A DNA stretch of 64,000 nucleotides from positions 124,001 through 188,000 of the forward strand of contig NIVC01001156.1 in NCBI GenBank assembly GCA_002269645.1, written 5' to 3'. Positions 25,568 through 39,995 of this stretch are shown one piece after another. The DNA is from Macrostomum lignano. Taxonomy: Eukaryota. The notes under the pieces were generated by a model. That model searched no databases. It was not told the origin of the DNA and was given only the letters and a program-made list of their open reading frames with translations. Made by a program: the position numbers and the translations under genes. Within the stretch, counting starts at the first letter, position 1, and the number at the start of each line of letters is the position of its first letter.

Positions 25568-25747
25568 CACTGCATCTACATGACTCCTTCAAAGAGCAGA
25601 GTTGATTGCCGAGTGGTCTCGGAGTTGCAGCTGGACCGCATTCAACGAGGCCACTCAATGCAGCTGAACCACGTGTTGACCGTGACACCTGTGCCCAGCT
25701 CACACATGCTAGGCTGCGGTAACATTCGCGTTCAATATTATTTTAGA
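25568..25747 (+). CDS. ARRDC: Alpha-arrestin exon 4
   Basis: TTTTAG acceptor and GTAAGT donor, phase 0 at both ends; ...VTPVPSSHMLGCGNIRVQYYFR matches the arrestin-C pattern (P.S....C..I.V.Y). Confidence 0.85.
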
Positions 25748-25916
25748 GTAAGTTACTTAAGTAGGCTCTGTTATTTGGTACAATGGCGGATTGCAGTGTT
25801 TTGCCCATTATTCATCTCTGCGATACGCAACGTCGGCCTGCTGGCGCTCATCGAAAATTCAAAATAACGTATTCGTGATTCATATATCACGATTTTTAGT
25901 GTTCATTTTTAACAAG

Positions 25917-25994
25917 TTTGCCGTCAGTGTCCCACGCTGTGCATTCATTATTCCACAATTCGAAATCGTACATTCGTGCAACAATGTGCTTTGA
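25917..25994 (+). CDS. ARRDC: Possible terminal exon of the alpha-arrestin
   Basis: Weak AAG acceptor, phase 0; FAVSVPRCAFIIPQFEIVHSCNNVL* loosely fits the last arrestin-C strands. Confidence 0.35.
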   Translation, partial: FAVSVPRCAFIIPQFEIVHSCNNVL

Positions 25995-27306
25995 ATATGC
26001 TTTTTGTCATAGACGATGGGCATTATTCTACGCTGACGGTTTGAATTGTCTATGGAAAAATCCCACAGTTGTCTAGCTAGCTTAGTTGACAATGTGATAA
26101 AATGTACGGCTTGCTAGTGCATCGATGCCATGGACACTCTACGCGCACTCGTGGTCTAGGCGTTACTGCACTCGCAAGCCATGCACTTTCTCTCCATCTA
26201 GCAGTTTTCTCTTCATTATTATTTTACGTCTACTATCTATAGCCAGGACCTGCACCGGAGCGGTTACGAAAATTAGATTTCTCGGTAGTTGCACGTACTC
26301 TTTTGCACTACTTGAGTAGTCTGATTGTCTGAAAAAACAATCCACGTTCCTCGTACTCCCTACGCACTTCTGCAGCGCCACCCACACTAAGCAACCAGGA
26401 GTGCAGCGTACCTGGCCGAGTGGAGCCGGACACCGACCCAGGCAAGCAGCCGGGTGCGACCAGGTATCCGTACGACAATCGCGCCTATGAACCGCCATCA
26501 GCCTAATTTGATATGTTATCCGGGTAAATCAGTTAATAACATCTAATTAAATAATTATCTACAAGAATCTCGAGCCTGAAACTTTAGCGATTTGCTATTT
26601 CTGTGTACATATTTATTATTACAGCAACTTATTTACAGGTATCGGCTGTTTTTTCTATTATTACCTTATATCATACGTTAGTTCCACGGATAAAATTCAT
26701 GAAAGTCCCAGTTTTCATAGAAAAATAGCTTAAAAACTTACATCGTTTCAACGTGTTTTATTCTAGAGCTTTTGAGAGCTCCCGTGATTTAAATTCTTAG
26801 AAAGGTAGGCACATGTGTTCCATTAGTCATTTAGCCTTCTATTGTAGCTGGTACGGTCTGGTTATTATTCTGAGAGGAAAGTTAATACATTCTTAGTGAT
26901 CGCAAATGGCTTTGCCTTGCAGTTCTACATGTAGCTACGTGTTATCATACTTCCATGAGGAGACTGGCGTCTATCTATACAATTTCTAGTTTTCTATCTA
27001 CACGCGCTTATGTTTAGAGTTATCTATTTATCATTAGTCAATTTTTATGTCAAGACAGAATTCCATTTTTCTTTTATTTTAATGTCACAATCTCAGTTCA
27101 ATGACGAATGAGATAGTATTTATATATTACACACGCACACGTAATGGGATGATTATTTATTGGTGGATGTATTTTACCAGGACTTTTCACTTTCTCAAGA
27201 AATCTGAATTAATTTGAAACCAATTGTTTACTTTCTTTAGATTTTTCGTAGTGGTATACTCTGGATAAATTTTGAAAAGGAAGTCTTTCGAGTGGACTGC
27301 TAAGTG

Positions 27307-27875
27307 TGTGATTCATGGACTGCTAAGTTGTGCATGTATCTAGCTGGTATGTGATTCATGGACTGCTAAGTTGTGCATGTATCTAGCTGGTATGTGATTC
27401 ATGGACTGCTAAGTTGTGCATGTATCTAGCTGGTATGTGATTCATGGACTGCTAAGTTGTGCATGTATCTAGCTGGTATGTGATTCATGGACTGCTAAGT
27501 TGTGCATGTATCTAGCTGGTATGTGATTCATGGACTGCTAAGTTGTGCATGTATCTAGCTGGTATGTGATTCATGGACTGCTAAGTTGTGCATGTATCTA
27601 GCTGGTATGTGATTCATGGACTGCTAAGTTGTGCATGTATCTAGCTGGTATGTGATTCATGGACTGCTAAGTTGTGCATGTATCTAGCTGGTATGTGATT
27701 CATGGACTGCTAAGTTGTGCATGTATATCTAGCTCGTGTGTGATTCATGGACTGCTAAGTTGTGCATGTATCTAGCTGGTATGTGATTCATGGACTGCTA
27801 AGTTGTGCATGTATCTAGCTGGTATGTGATTCATGGACTGCTAAGTTGTGCATGTATCTAGCTGGTATGTGATTC
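27307..27875. repeat. 43-bp tandem repeat, ~13 near-identical copies
   Basis: Unit TGTGATTCATGGACTGCTAAGTTGTGCATGTATCTAGCTGGTA; head-to-tail with no spacers. Confidence 0.97.
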
Positions 27876-30800
27876 AGCCGCGCTGCCGTTTCATCAGTTC
27901 GACAAAGGAGCGGACAGAAGACAGACAGAAATACTGAAAATGGCGAGGAAAAATAGCTAAGTTAGTGCGAGCGTATTGTATTGGGAATCAAGCATTTATG
28001 GAAAGCAGAGTTCAAAATAGCAGCGATTCTACAGTAGAAGCTATGCCGAAAGGACCATCTGAAGCCACTGTATATGTCTAATGGTCTGTAACTTTGAGCT
28101 GTGTCAATAAGTTTGAGAAATAATTTCTCACTAATCGTAGGGACCATTTTAGATTAATACAGCCTATGTGCACAGAGAATTGAAAGTCAACAATATATAG
28201 GTGTGTTTTGCATTTGCTGAGTTGAAGTTAGGAGCAGAATTAGATCGAATCGTTAATGCGTATGAATATAGCAGCTGACACACTAAGCATTATATTCCCT
28301 CAGAGTGCATTGAGAAAACTTTATTAGTAACTACATTAAAGACTCGACCAGAGTTTTTAATGAGTTATAATATTAATATAACTTACACAATTTCTGCTCC
28401 TGCCTCCCGCTTTGTTTGCTGACTTCTACTTCAGAGGATTTCTCAAATGCCTGTGTGTACTCAGTGCAATGGCATGCACTTTTATGGAAGTTTGGAACCA
28501 AGTAAGGCTCTGGGTTTGCTCCGTTTAAGCAGCTGTTCCATCAAACGACAATTGCCAACAACGTCGATAGACAAGTTACAAATGTACTTTGCAGGCTCTT
28601 AAGATTCGTTCATATTGTCATCAAACAAGCCATGCGTCTATACGAGCTAATTTTGGATGCCTGCTGATTCGCACGATTTAGACTGCATATGCATGTAGAA
28701 ACATACAGATCGATACGGCCTGTACAGTTGAATTGCATTTGATCCACTGGTGCAAAGAAATCTCAGCTATTTAAGCTCGTATATTTACATGAAGTATTGA
28801 AAAAGGTATCAATATCAAATTCTCATGGCGTAAACTTACTTTCTCTCATCAGTTGATACTTTATTTAACACATCTAATCGAAGCGAACTACTTTTAGTAC
28901 TACATATCTGCTAAAATTTCTACCCATGATCCATCTCAGCACAATAAAAGCAATTACAAGTGTGCAATTCAAATCACATGTAAGCTACTGCAGTGGAAGC
29001 CAAGATAAATCCACAGACATCGCATCGTACCACACGCTGTACGCAAGAACTTCTCAAGTAGAAGGACGTTACACTCCAGTTATCGTGTAATTTTTTTTGG
29101 CGGCCGATTGTTTCAAGTGCTGTAACTATTTAATTATTTGCATGGTAGAGGGCTAGTTCTTTCGCTGATTTGTTCAGAATTTATTCCTCTTTAAAATAAT
29201 GCTACATTTACGGTTGTATCTGTACGAGGGCGGAATTGCCAAGTACAGTAAAGTACATGTACCTTATTATTTATAAAAGCTAAATTTATAGTTGAAGCAC
29301 GCTATCTGATTTTAGTTACTAGGAGCGTATAAACATGTAGTAGCTAGCTACATCTAAGGCATAAAGTGATTAAAGAACAAAGATACACGCATCCGATGGC
29401 CACTGGCTTGACACGGGAGGCTCTAGCGGAGACTGACGATTGACATTATAAAAAGGAAAAAAGGGTAAACTTTTCTTATTAATTTTTACTGAAGAAAAAG
29501 TCATAAAAAGAGCCTAAATACAAATGGCATAGACCCAGTCGAATTAAAAAGTAATACAATATGATATTTGTGTTCACATATTGGGGGGATTTTTTAAAGC
29601 AAGGCCGCAATCAAGCATAGCAGTTAATTAAGGATGAAAAACGTGAAAATTTCCTACCTCGCCAATGAATTTTACGGTGAAAATCAGCCGTCAAAAAAAT
29701 TTATACGAAAGCTGAGTGTACCGTCCTTCTATTTGAGATGTTCTTGGCTGTACGCTCATTATTCAACGCTTCGAAATCATTATTTAAGGCTACTAAAAAT
29801 ACATTCATGAGACAATTCATGTGCTTGTGCATATGGATATGGTATTAATTGTCATAGACAATGACAGTGAGTCATTGACAGTGACAGTGAGACAATATGA
29901 CAGTGATGACATTATTGTGTCATCATGATGTCATTGTTATTGATAATACTGTCACTGTCACTATCATCACTTGATGACATTGACTCAGAAGCGTGCAGAT
30001 GACCCGGATGGTCCCAATTCTGCAGATGACGCCAAACATGCTGAAATTTGCATGATCCTCATCGAACTTTATACAGCCGCGGTGTCGCGGTTCAGATAAA
30101 AGATAAAGAGAAGATACATGCGTGTACTTGCACTGTAAAGAGAGGGAAGAAAAGAATTGGGCAAGATTGTGTAGAAGTAGAAGGGGAGAAGAATTATACT
30201 ACTGAAGGGAGGCGATCAGTAGTATAGTACAGCAAGTGTACGAGCTACATGTAACATAAAGGAAGCAAGCTCATGTGCCATCGCATCAGTGCTGAAACTC
30301 CTTTTTACATGTACACGTACAGGCCTGGATAAGCCTTGAGCAGGTCTTAATGTGAATTAAAGATGAGGAGTATAACGATGTGCCACGAAAATTACATGTG
30401 GGGGACATGATCGGTATACCTGCTGAATGTCTTGCCATCACACTCCGAAATTCTGATCCTGAGGCGATCTGGTGAGCCGCGAGGCTCGTCTAGCTGCTAT
30501 AAAAATAGATACAATATTCAGAGACGGTCTCTCTATACTATTCAAAGATACATAAGAACCATGGTGACATAAAATCGACATAAAACAAGCTAAGTCCTTG
30601 CACTCATGCTGCTCATCACAACCTCGGATCACGCACGAAAATTAATAACATGCATATTCATTATTGTGCGCTTACATTTGGATTCCCTTGGCCCCTTGCT
30701 TTATCTGTACTTTACTCAGAAAAAATATTTTACTTTATAAATTTCCCGACATGTACAGTACGTAAAAAGTACACATTAAAACAAAGAATTCTTATGGATA

Positions 30801-32579
30801 TTGTACAAAGCCGTTGTTATTTTGTTTTTCCACTAAAAACTAATGACAAACACTAAATTTATTTCTTAAATTTTTTAGTATTAGGTATTAGAAAATAGTC
30901 AAATTTGGAAAAGAAAAGAAATGTGACATATTTGAATAAAAAACAATGATTCATTTTCTTTTGCAAACAGGCGTTAGGGTTTACCCCAAACAGACAGATT
31001 TTTTGAACGCTAGAATGGGTACGAAATAGTTAACCTGAATAATTTAGTTATTTAGGTTAATGTTAGGACTAAGATAAGGTTAGGATATGGATCTGATAAG
31101 GATCTGAGATAAGGACCTGAATAGCTTAGTTTAGGCCTAAGCGCGTTAGGTTATTTCGTTATTAGGGTAAGGTTATGGATTAGGATAAGTTTAGAATATG
31201 GAGCGTCAACCTGTTTGTTTCAAGTCAAATGGACGATATTTTACAATTATCAAATAGCTAGCAGTCAAATTCGTAGACAGTAAATTCAGTAATTCAATTA
31301 TAAAAACATGGTTTTGGACAAATAGTCCTACACAAGGGGATGAGTGTATAAGTTTTGTCTGTGACTGTGCCTTCATATATGGTTTTATTTTATTTATGAT
31401 CAAGATATTTCAACAATTAGTAGCATTTTTCAGGTAAAACTGGAAGGGGTAATATAATCGATGCCAAAATTTATAAAAAAGGAGCATTTTTATGTTGCTT
31501 CTAAGAAGTTCTAGTTCTTGTTCTAGTGAAAAATTGCTCTACTGTTTAGCAAAACAAAAAAGTTTGATGCAAAAAATATTTTGTTTTGATCTAATTGACT
31601 TCTACTACTGAAAGTGAAAATAAAAAAGAAAGGCCACTAAAATAAAATTCTTAAATAGCAAAGGCCCTAGATGACCAATTATAGGTAAAAAAAGCAATAG
31701 TTGTCAAAAGGGTCTGGGTAATAGTCCTAATAAATTAATGGTATTCTTTTGTTTTATAATCACATAGCATTATCCTTATAAGAGTCAGGACTTTTGTTAT
31801 AGGCCTATAATCCTCCAATAGAATATAAAAAAGTTAAGTTAAAATTACTCTTAAAATCAAACTTCAAAATAAGACTACTTCTTTAAAAGCATATTTTTAT
31901 TGTAGTATAGTATCAAATATTTCATTATATGATCATTTATAATCATTTAAATGATGAAATTATATGTAGGTGATTGCAAGATAAAACTGAAAGAGCTTAT
32001 AGGTTTAGAATTACAATTGCACCAATAGTAGAATTGTATTAGACTTAGAACGATTGTATATTGAAATGATAAGAAATTGTCAATAAAATCAATGTTTAAA
32101 TTAAACAAAACAAATAATTTTAGTCTCTATAAGGTACCCGCGCACCCGCACACTAAGGTAGCCACTTAAGCTCCTAGCATTTGTACTTAATGTATTGTTA
32201 CTTTAGGGTCCTTATAAATAATCATTTTAAGAAGACTATTTTCCTAGGCAAAGTTATGTAGAATAGTTTGTAAGACTCAACAAAGGTTTGTATATATGAT
32301 TAGTTAATAATTGAACAAACTTTAAAGCATCAACCCTAGGTTAGCCACAATATCAGATATGTGGAAATATGGAGCTAGAAATATACAAGTTCTTCTAGGG
32401 ACTGTAAATTGCCTAGAAAGATAATGTGATCAAAGTAGTCAACAAATAGGCCACAGAATAAAATAACCATGAGAGTACTATATCCCTTGAGAGTACAACT
32501 GGGAGAGTACATGAGTATGACTGGCTTTTAAAGTAGGGATTAGCAGATTTTTACCTCAAAGGCCAGATAAAGAATCTAG

Positions 32580-33090
32580 CTAATGGCTACAGGGGCAGAT
32601 GAGAGTGGAAAGAAGAATGAATAGACAATAAGAAAAAGGAGAAGTGAGAGAAGGGATAAGAGAATAAATAAAATATAATAGGAGACAGTGGATAGAAGAA
32701 GAGGGATAAGGGAAGAGGAGTGCAAGGACAATAGATGGGAAGAGGCAAATAAGAGAGACAAGAAGAGAGAGGAGAGATGAGATAAGAAAAAAGATATAAA
32801 AGAAAAGAGAGGAGGGAAGAGAGAGGAGAAAGATAAGATAAAGATGAAGAGGAGAGATAATAGGGGAGAGAGTTAAAAGAAGAGAGAAGAGAGGAGATAG
32901 AGGGAATAGCAAAGGAAAGAGAAAAGAAGAGGGGAGAGATGAGACGAAAAATGAGAAATCCTAGAAGGGATACAGGAAAGAGTAGAAAAAAGAATAGAGA
33001 TAAGCAAGATGAGAGAGAAGAGAAGAGAATAGAGAGGACAGGAGATGGGAAAAATAGAAAAGAGATGAAAGGAGAGATAGAAAAGAGATC
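32580..33090. repeat. GA-rich low-complexity tract
   Basis: Direct reading. Confidence 0.8.
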
Positions 33091-36000
33091 GTAAAATGAA
33101 AGAATGCCAAATTTTTGGAATTACAAGTTCACATGTATTAAACTTTTGTGTTAAAATATATTTTTAAAAAAATTAACAAGTAATTAAATTTAGGCCTAGC
33201 CTTTTGCAAGCGCATTTGTTAAATTTGTTAAAATGTATAAGTAGCAATAAAGATTAGAATGTACAATCTATTCTATGATTCATAGCTGACTATTGAAAAG
33301 CTTTATGAATATCAACAAAGCTATAAAAAAAGGCAAAACATATCAAAAGATGAAAATTGAGTTTGACTCCTATATTAAAAGCAATAATATTTTTGTACTG
33401 AAAATCTATATCTTTATAGTATATTTTTTTCAAAAATGTGCTTTGTAAATTTTTTTTTAGTTTTTTACCCCTAAATACTAAAGTATAGTCCTTAGTGCAT
33501 TAATGTATGTATATTAAATGCCAATAGAAATCTAATATATAGTATATTATAACTATTTATACACTTTAACAAATTCATTTTTAACAAACATATACATGTA
33601 TATTTTGACAAATACAAGTCTAATACATTTGAGCTTAAACTTTTGATTGTCACCCTTTTGATTGTCATCCTATTGATTTGCCCTTTTGATTTGTTGCCTT
33701 TTTTATTTTTTCTAAGTGACTTAGGAATAGGACTAGGTCTAAGACTGTCCTAATTCCATATGAACTTTTTTATATACATAGGCTAGCATTTGGGCCCTAG
33801 TATTTTAGAAAAATTACAATGATTAGGTAGTCATAGGCTTTTGAATTTTTGTTTTTTGTATAAGCCTAGGGCTAGAGTATATATATAAAATGCATATATA
33901 TATTTAATATTAGTATTATTTGCCCATCCATGTGATTATAAAATCACAATTTATGTTTAAAGTTGGTCTATTGCCATAGGCTATAGCTATAGATTGCTTT
34001 TTCAAACTTGAAACATAATACATATATGCCAGAATCTGGCATCTGGCATATGCCAGGTGTATAGTATATATCATTAAATTTTGGCATTACAAATTGGCAT
34101 ATAAAGGGGCCTAGCATACCCTATGGTATATAGCTTGGCATATAAAAATTGTTAGGACAGCAAGTAAGACAAAGTTATGAGTCTTAATCAATGTGCATTA
34201 TACATTATAGATGGCATACAAAAAATTACCAAGTTCAAGTTTGGCATATTCTTTATATGCATAGATAGAATAGCTAAATTTTTATCAAATTTTGATAATA
34301 AAAATATCAAAAGTAGCTAGATCTCAAAAATGATAGAAAATTTTTTTTATTCAACTTCACTTGAATAAAAAAATTGAAGATAAAACAAAAACAATAAGAA
34401 AAAATTGGTTCTTTATGATGTAAAAATATTGGATCCATTTTTATTAAATTTTTTTCAACAATTTGAACTTTGCAAGTTTATAATTTAAGTTGTCATTTTT
34501 CTTTTTTTCTTGGCATATTTTTGTATGTAATATACTTATAAGTCCATTGGCATACATAAGCTAGGGAAAATTTTATTCTGGCTTACATTAGTACAAAATC
34601 CTAACAATAGGCCTAGAGTATTTTTAATAATAATAACAATAATATTTGAATAACAAAATATAATTTTTTGACCTATGTATATTTTTAATGAAGATTGCAT
34701 GCATGTACATGATATTAAAGTTGTGCTTGCAACTGCTACTGTTTTTTGCTCTGGGATTAAAAGTGTCAGAACTTTCTGGATATACCTTGTATATTCTATG
34801 TTTCATTTTAGGGTTTTATAAACTTTTGGATAGGTAGTCTCTATGGTTGAAAAATATACTAATATACTTATACTTTAATAGAGCTCTGTGTCTACTAAAA
34901 TCTTATTTTTTTTATCAATAATCTCCTTATCCTAAAAGCCCTTTATTCCCTATGCCATATTTGGCTTTTGGTTTGTTTTAATCTATATATAGAAATAAAG
35001 CTTTAATTTGATATCAGCATTTTCAAAAACCTTTTGGGAGACTAAATTATGATTTATAGTCAATTTTATGCTTGGAATTATACTAAAAAATGACAAACTT
35101 TCATCTTTTATACTAGATTTATTATATGCCTGGTACACCCTCCTGGATAGAGGGGTGGCAGGCATCAATAAATGTGGCTAATAGACTATGTCATCATAAA
35201 GACTAAGAGTTTTTGTTTAAAAACTAGTTCAATGCATTCTTTTCTATATTAAAATTTTCTTGAACAAAAATATAATAAAAATGTTTTTATACAAAAGCTG
35301 TGGCAAGATTTAACTTTTTTTCTATATACATTTTATTAAATTTACTAAAAAACATTGTTTTTTTATGTATCTATTTCCCAAATTTAGCATGTCTACATGG
35401 AACTAATTGAAATTAGAAGATATACCACTATCAAAATCCTGCAATTTATATCAAAAGCCAAGAATGTATGCCAGTTAATTTTTCTATTTGTTCTCATACT
35501 AGGCATTTATGCCGGGGTTGATTTAAGAAAAAAATGAAACTAATGAATTCTGGTATAAGTGTGATAATAAAAATATATTATAGATTATAATAAACTATTT
35601 AAACTAGAACTATATTATCTACAAAGGGTTACAATACAAAAGTAACAAGAATTTTGTTATAACTTTTGACTGAATAAACATATAAACTTATTAATTTTTA
35701 TGCAATAATTTTTTACAAGTACATATAAAAAACTAACAGCTTTATCTTACTCTATATAACCACATACTTGTTAATTATTGTTATTTAAATTCTATACCTT
35801 GACATAAAAAATTGTCTAAAAAAAGACTAAAAAGTCCAGAACTTGAAAGCTTTTTAAATTCTGCTGCTAAATTTGGCTACTTCTGATAAAAGCCTTTCTG
35901 CTCTTTATAGGCAAAGTTGCCTGGGAATAATTTCATTGTTTTGAGCTGCATGGCATTATTGGTTAAAGTTTCAATTTCTAAATGATTTGGTTGAATATTT

Positions 36001-36904
36001 CTTCTAATTAAGGCTATGGAGTGTTCAAAATTTGCATGCATTGCTATGACAAAATGGCAGCTTTTTAGAGCGTGCTAAAACCACTGAAGAAATAAATGAG
36101 GGTGCAGATTTTTTACTTGATGAACACATTTAAACTTGGTTACTTTTGCTATTGACAAATATTGTAATTTTCTATCTTGAAGCATAGACTTTTATTTAAG
36201 ATTACACAGTGTAATTATGTAAAGTTTAAATTATAGTTGTTAGTTTTCTATATATTTAGAATTGTTGGGTAAAAATTTCAATTTACTTCTAGGTACTTCA
36301 GATAAAAGTTTAAAAAAAATCTCGCAATTTTTAAAATACTGCTTGTACATAAAGTTAAAAAAGCTAGGCTATGGCTAGTGTATTTTAGCAAACTTACTTA
36401 CTATTTAAATCAAATTGAATTTAGGTAAAAATATTCATAATAATGTATATTTCAAATAAGAAATCAAACTATCCATGTGTTTATATTATACCATAAAGTA
36501 ATTATTTTTGATTGTCAACATTATTAAATTATGGGCTAGCTAAGAAAAAACCAAGGTTCATTCTAGAATCCACAAAAGCAATTTTTTACTTTAATAGTGC
36601 AAATTTTATTCATTCATACCTGGCTGCACTCACTGTAATCCCATTGTTAATTTGGCACCTATTAACAAAAACTGATATTCTGTATTAATATTAATATGTG
36701 CATACACTTTCATTCCAGCCTTCCCCAGTTGCAGCAACTCAACAATCTCCCAGATAGGAGGAATCGAGAAAAACAGAGCCTTCCAATTGAGAATGGGCGG
36801 CACGTGAGCTCAGTCTCAGCCTGCAGTTACTCAAATCCCAGTTGCTCAAACAATTATAATATCGCTCTAATTGAAAATCAGGTGGCCCCCCTCGGACTCC
36901 CTCC

Positions 36905-37498
36905 ATGTGGCCGAGCAGGCGCGGCCGCTCCGACAGCAGCGGCGCCGGCGCCACCAACGGCGCCAGCAGCATTTTCGGCGCCCCGCTGGATGTCGCCATC
37001 AGGCGCCGGGGCAGCAGCCAGCAGCAGCAGCCGGCGGAAGTTCCGGACATTGTCCGGCAGATCTGCGAGCACCTGAGCAAGGCCGGCCTGGCAACCGAGG
37101 GCCTGTTCCGCGTCAACGGCAACAACCGGATGGCTAACCAGATTCGCCGCCTGTTCGACGAGCACTCTGTGGTGGACTTCTCCGACATTCACGACGTGCA
37201 CTCGATCGCCAGCGTGCTGAAGCAGTACATCCGCGAGCTGCCGGACGGCATCGTGGACAGCGAGGCCACGCTGCAGTTCGTGCAGGCTGCCGAGGCCGCG
37301 GCCGGCGACCCCAACCGGCTGTGCCGGGATTACGCCGAACTGATCGACCGGCTGCCGGAGCCCAACAGGAAGCTGCTGAAGTACCTGACCGAGTTTCTGC
37401 GCCGAGTTGCCGACAGGGACGCCGAGAATAAAATGTCGCCCCTTAATCTGGGCATCTGCTTTGGGCCCAATGTGTTCCGCTGCGGCGACACCGTGCAG
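36905..37498 (+). CDS. FAM13: FAM13-family RhoGAP, exon 1 (RhoGAP domain). Full model: join(36905-37498, 42059-42964, 45468-46166, 46286-46339, 47138-47580, 48016-48299, 50783-50898)
   Basis: IFGAPL...VPDIVRQICEHL...TEGLFRVNG...ASVLKQYIRELP...NKMSPLNLGICFGPNVF; catalytic Arg present; GTGAGG donor. An acceptor at 36881 suggests an upstream exon. Confidence 0.92.
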
Positions 37499-37649
37499 GT
37501 GAGGCCTCTTGAGTTGCAGCTGTGCTTGCTAATTGGTTTTTGCATGCTCTCATCTCTCATCTCTATATGGCTTGTCCTGTCTCAGTCCATGGGCTCTACT
37601 CTCAGCCTTCTGAATTCTGCTTCTCTGCTTCTCTCATACTTTACTGTCT

Positions 37650-37990
37650 CTACTCTCTCCTCTACTCTCCCTCCGCTCTACTCTCCCTCCTCTCTACTCT
37701 CCCTCCGCTCTACTCTCCCTCCTCTACTCTCCCTCCACTCTACTCTCCCTCCACTCTACTCTCCCTCCGCTCTACTCTCCCTCCTCTCTACTCTCCATCC
37801 ACTCTACTCTCCCTCCACTCTACTCTCCACCCACTCTACTCTCCCTCCACTCTACTCTCCATCCACTCTACTCTCCACCCACTCTACTCTCCCTCCACTC
37901 TACTCTCCATCCACTCTACTCTCCACCCACTCTACTCTCCCTCCATTCTACTCTCCCTCCATTCTACTCTCCCTCCACTCTACTCTCCCT
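37650..37990. repeat. CTCTACTCTCCCTCCA-type ~16-bp minisatellite
   Basis: Direct reading. Confidence 0.9.
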
Positions 37991-38814
37991 CTTTACATCC
38001 TGTTCTCCCTTTCTACACCCTACTCTTGCACTCTACAGTCTGAGCCAGCATAGAGCTGCCCAAATTGTGTTAGTCTAAGGAGTGCTAGCCGGTAGTTACC
38101 GTGTTTGCAGTGCGCAGTGCGTTGGTCCTCAACCCCCATACGGATGCAGCTTCTTCAGTCAATTTTTGGATATTTTTTCACTCTATGCATTTACCTACAT
38201 CTTCCAGCACAGTTTTGCTTGTACTTAAGCTCTGCTGATGGCACAGATCTCTTGAGCACACCTTTGGTTACCTATCTGGCCACCCGCCTGTCACTGTCTA
38301 GATATGATTTTCATGTGTTTTTCAGTCTTTAATTTGATGCTAAACTCACAGTGCTTTCTGAATAAACTGTTCCTCTAGCCTGGCCAGCTGCCCTGCTATC
38401 AGCATCTGCCTCTGCATATGCAGGTTTGTAAATCTGAGCGATGCAGTCATTGTAGTCTCTATGCTACCGCATTTCTTAATTTACTTTTTATAATCCCGCT
38501 TACCACAGTGAGCAGCAATGCATAGTGTTCGAATTTTTTAATCGTCTGCGTTGCTATGGCAACAGTGAAAATAATAATATTGTGCACACAGTTTAACAGA
38601 GAAATTATTATATAGTTACAAATATTGACTTATAATATAATTAATAACTTTAGCTTGCACGTGACACAATTCATACACCTATTATATTACCTTGCACTGT
38701 CATTGAATTGGCACCTGTGTTAGTTGCAGTCATTGGCTGCGTTGCAATGCACCTTTTTATCACTGTCTCCTAGGGGAATTCACCTCTGCTAGGGTTTTGT
38801 GCTTGTAGTTCAAC

Positions 38815-39195
38815 ACATCACAATAATCACCACCATCAGCACCATAATCACCATCTTCATCATAATCATTTCTACCATCACCACAATCATCATCATCACC
38901 GACACCGTCATCATCATCACCATCATCACCATCATCATCATCATCATCATCACCATCATCATCACCATCATCATCACCACCATCATCATCATCACCATCA
39001 TCATTGACACCGTCATCGTCATCACCATCATCATCATCACCATCATCACCATCATCACCGACACCGTCATCATCACCATCATCATCATCATCACGATCAT
39101 CATCACCATAATCATTGCCATCACCATCATCAGCAGCATCATCATCGCCATCATCACCATCATCATCACTATCACCATCATCACAATGATAACCA
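38815..39195. repeat. (ATC/ACC)n degenerate trinucleotide repeat
   Basis: Direct reading. Confidence 0.93.
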
Positions 39196-39885
39196 GCCTG
39201 TAACTGGTATTAGTTATCAAATTTACCTGTTCTCCATCATGGCCATGGAGAGTGGGATATGCCTGGCAGCAGTCCAAGTTAAGTCCCGCGGCTTACGGCT
39301 AGCACTGCTGACTTATCGTTGTTCAAAATGGCTATCGTTTATTTAATCCCCATAAACTATTTAAAAGCAGTGAAATATTCGATGTGAGTGTTGCATCACT
39401 CCCTGTTTTCGTAGCAGTCTTCCTGTGCCCATATTTTAGCATTAGGCTTACGCGAATGTTTGCTATAATAACAGTTACTAGCGCCAGTGTTGTGCCTCCA
39501 TTTAGCGCCAGCGAATGTGACAGGCTCAGCAGAGTTGGTAAAAGCTGATGCCCTTTTAAAATGTCACTATTTCCTTATCTACGACTCGTATATTCCGGCG
39601 GGGCAAGCAGATCTGGCTTGTGTTGCAGAAATCCCCGTGTGCTTGCCCAACGAACGCAAGATTCTCCCCAATTCTCCCAATTTCCCGAGCCCAACCTCGA
39701 TCGGGTCGAGCGATACCGAATTGTTCCGCTTCTGTCCCCGATTCCCCTTCCCCTCTTGGCCGCAGATTGCCTCGGCTACCAGGGTAAAGGATTTCCAGGT
39801 GGCGCTATAAATGTTGCAAAAGCTGTCCTGAGGGAGCTGCCCTCCTGCGGTGACTCACTGCGGACAGCTGGGGTCATGGGCTGGG

Positions 39886-39905
39886 TAGATAGATAGACAG
39901 ATAAC

Positions 39906-39995
<90 letters not shown>

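Noticed and set aside
26413-26470. tRNA/SINE A-box-like TGGCCGAGTGG
   Set aside because: No canonical B-box (GTTCGA) and no cloverleaf or tail
27307-27875. 43-bp repeats as a CRISPR array
   Set aside because: Units are head-to-tail with no unique spacers; eukaryotic context; no cas genes
28435-28501. Candidate 67-nt exon with good splice signals
   Set aside because: None of its three frames matches arrestin or FAM13; it could be a UTR exon but cannot be assigned
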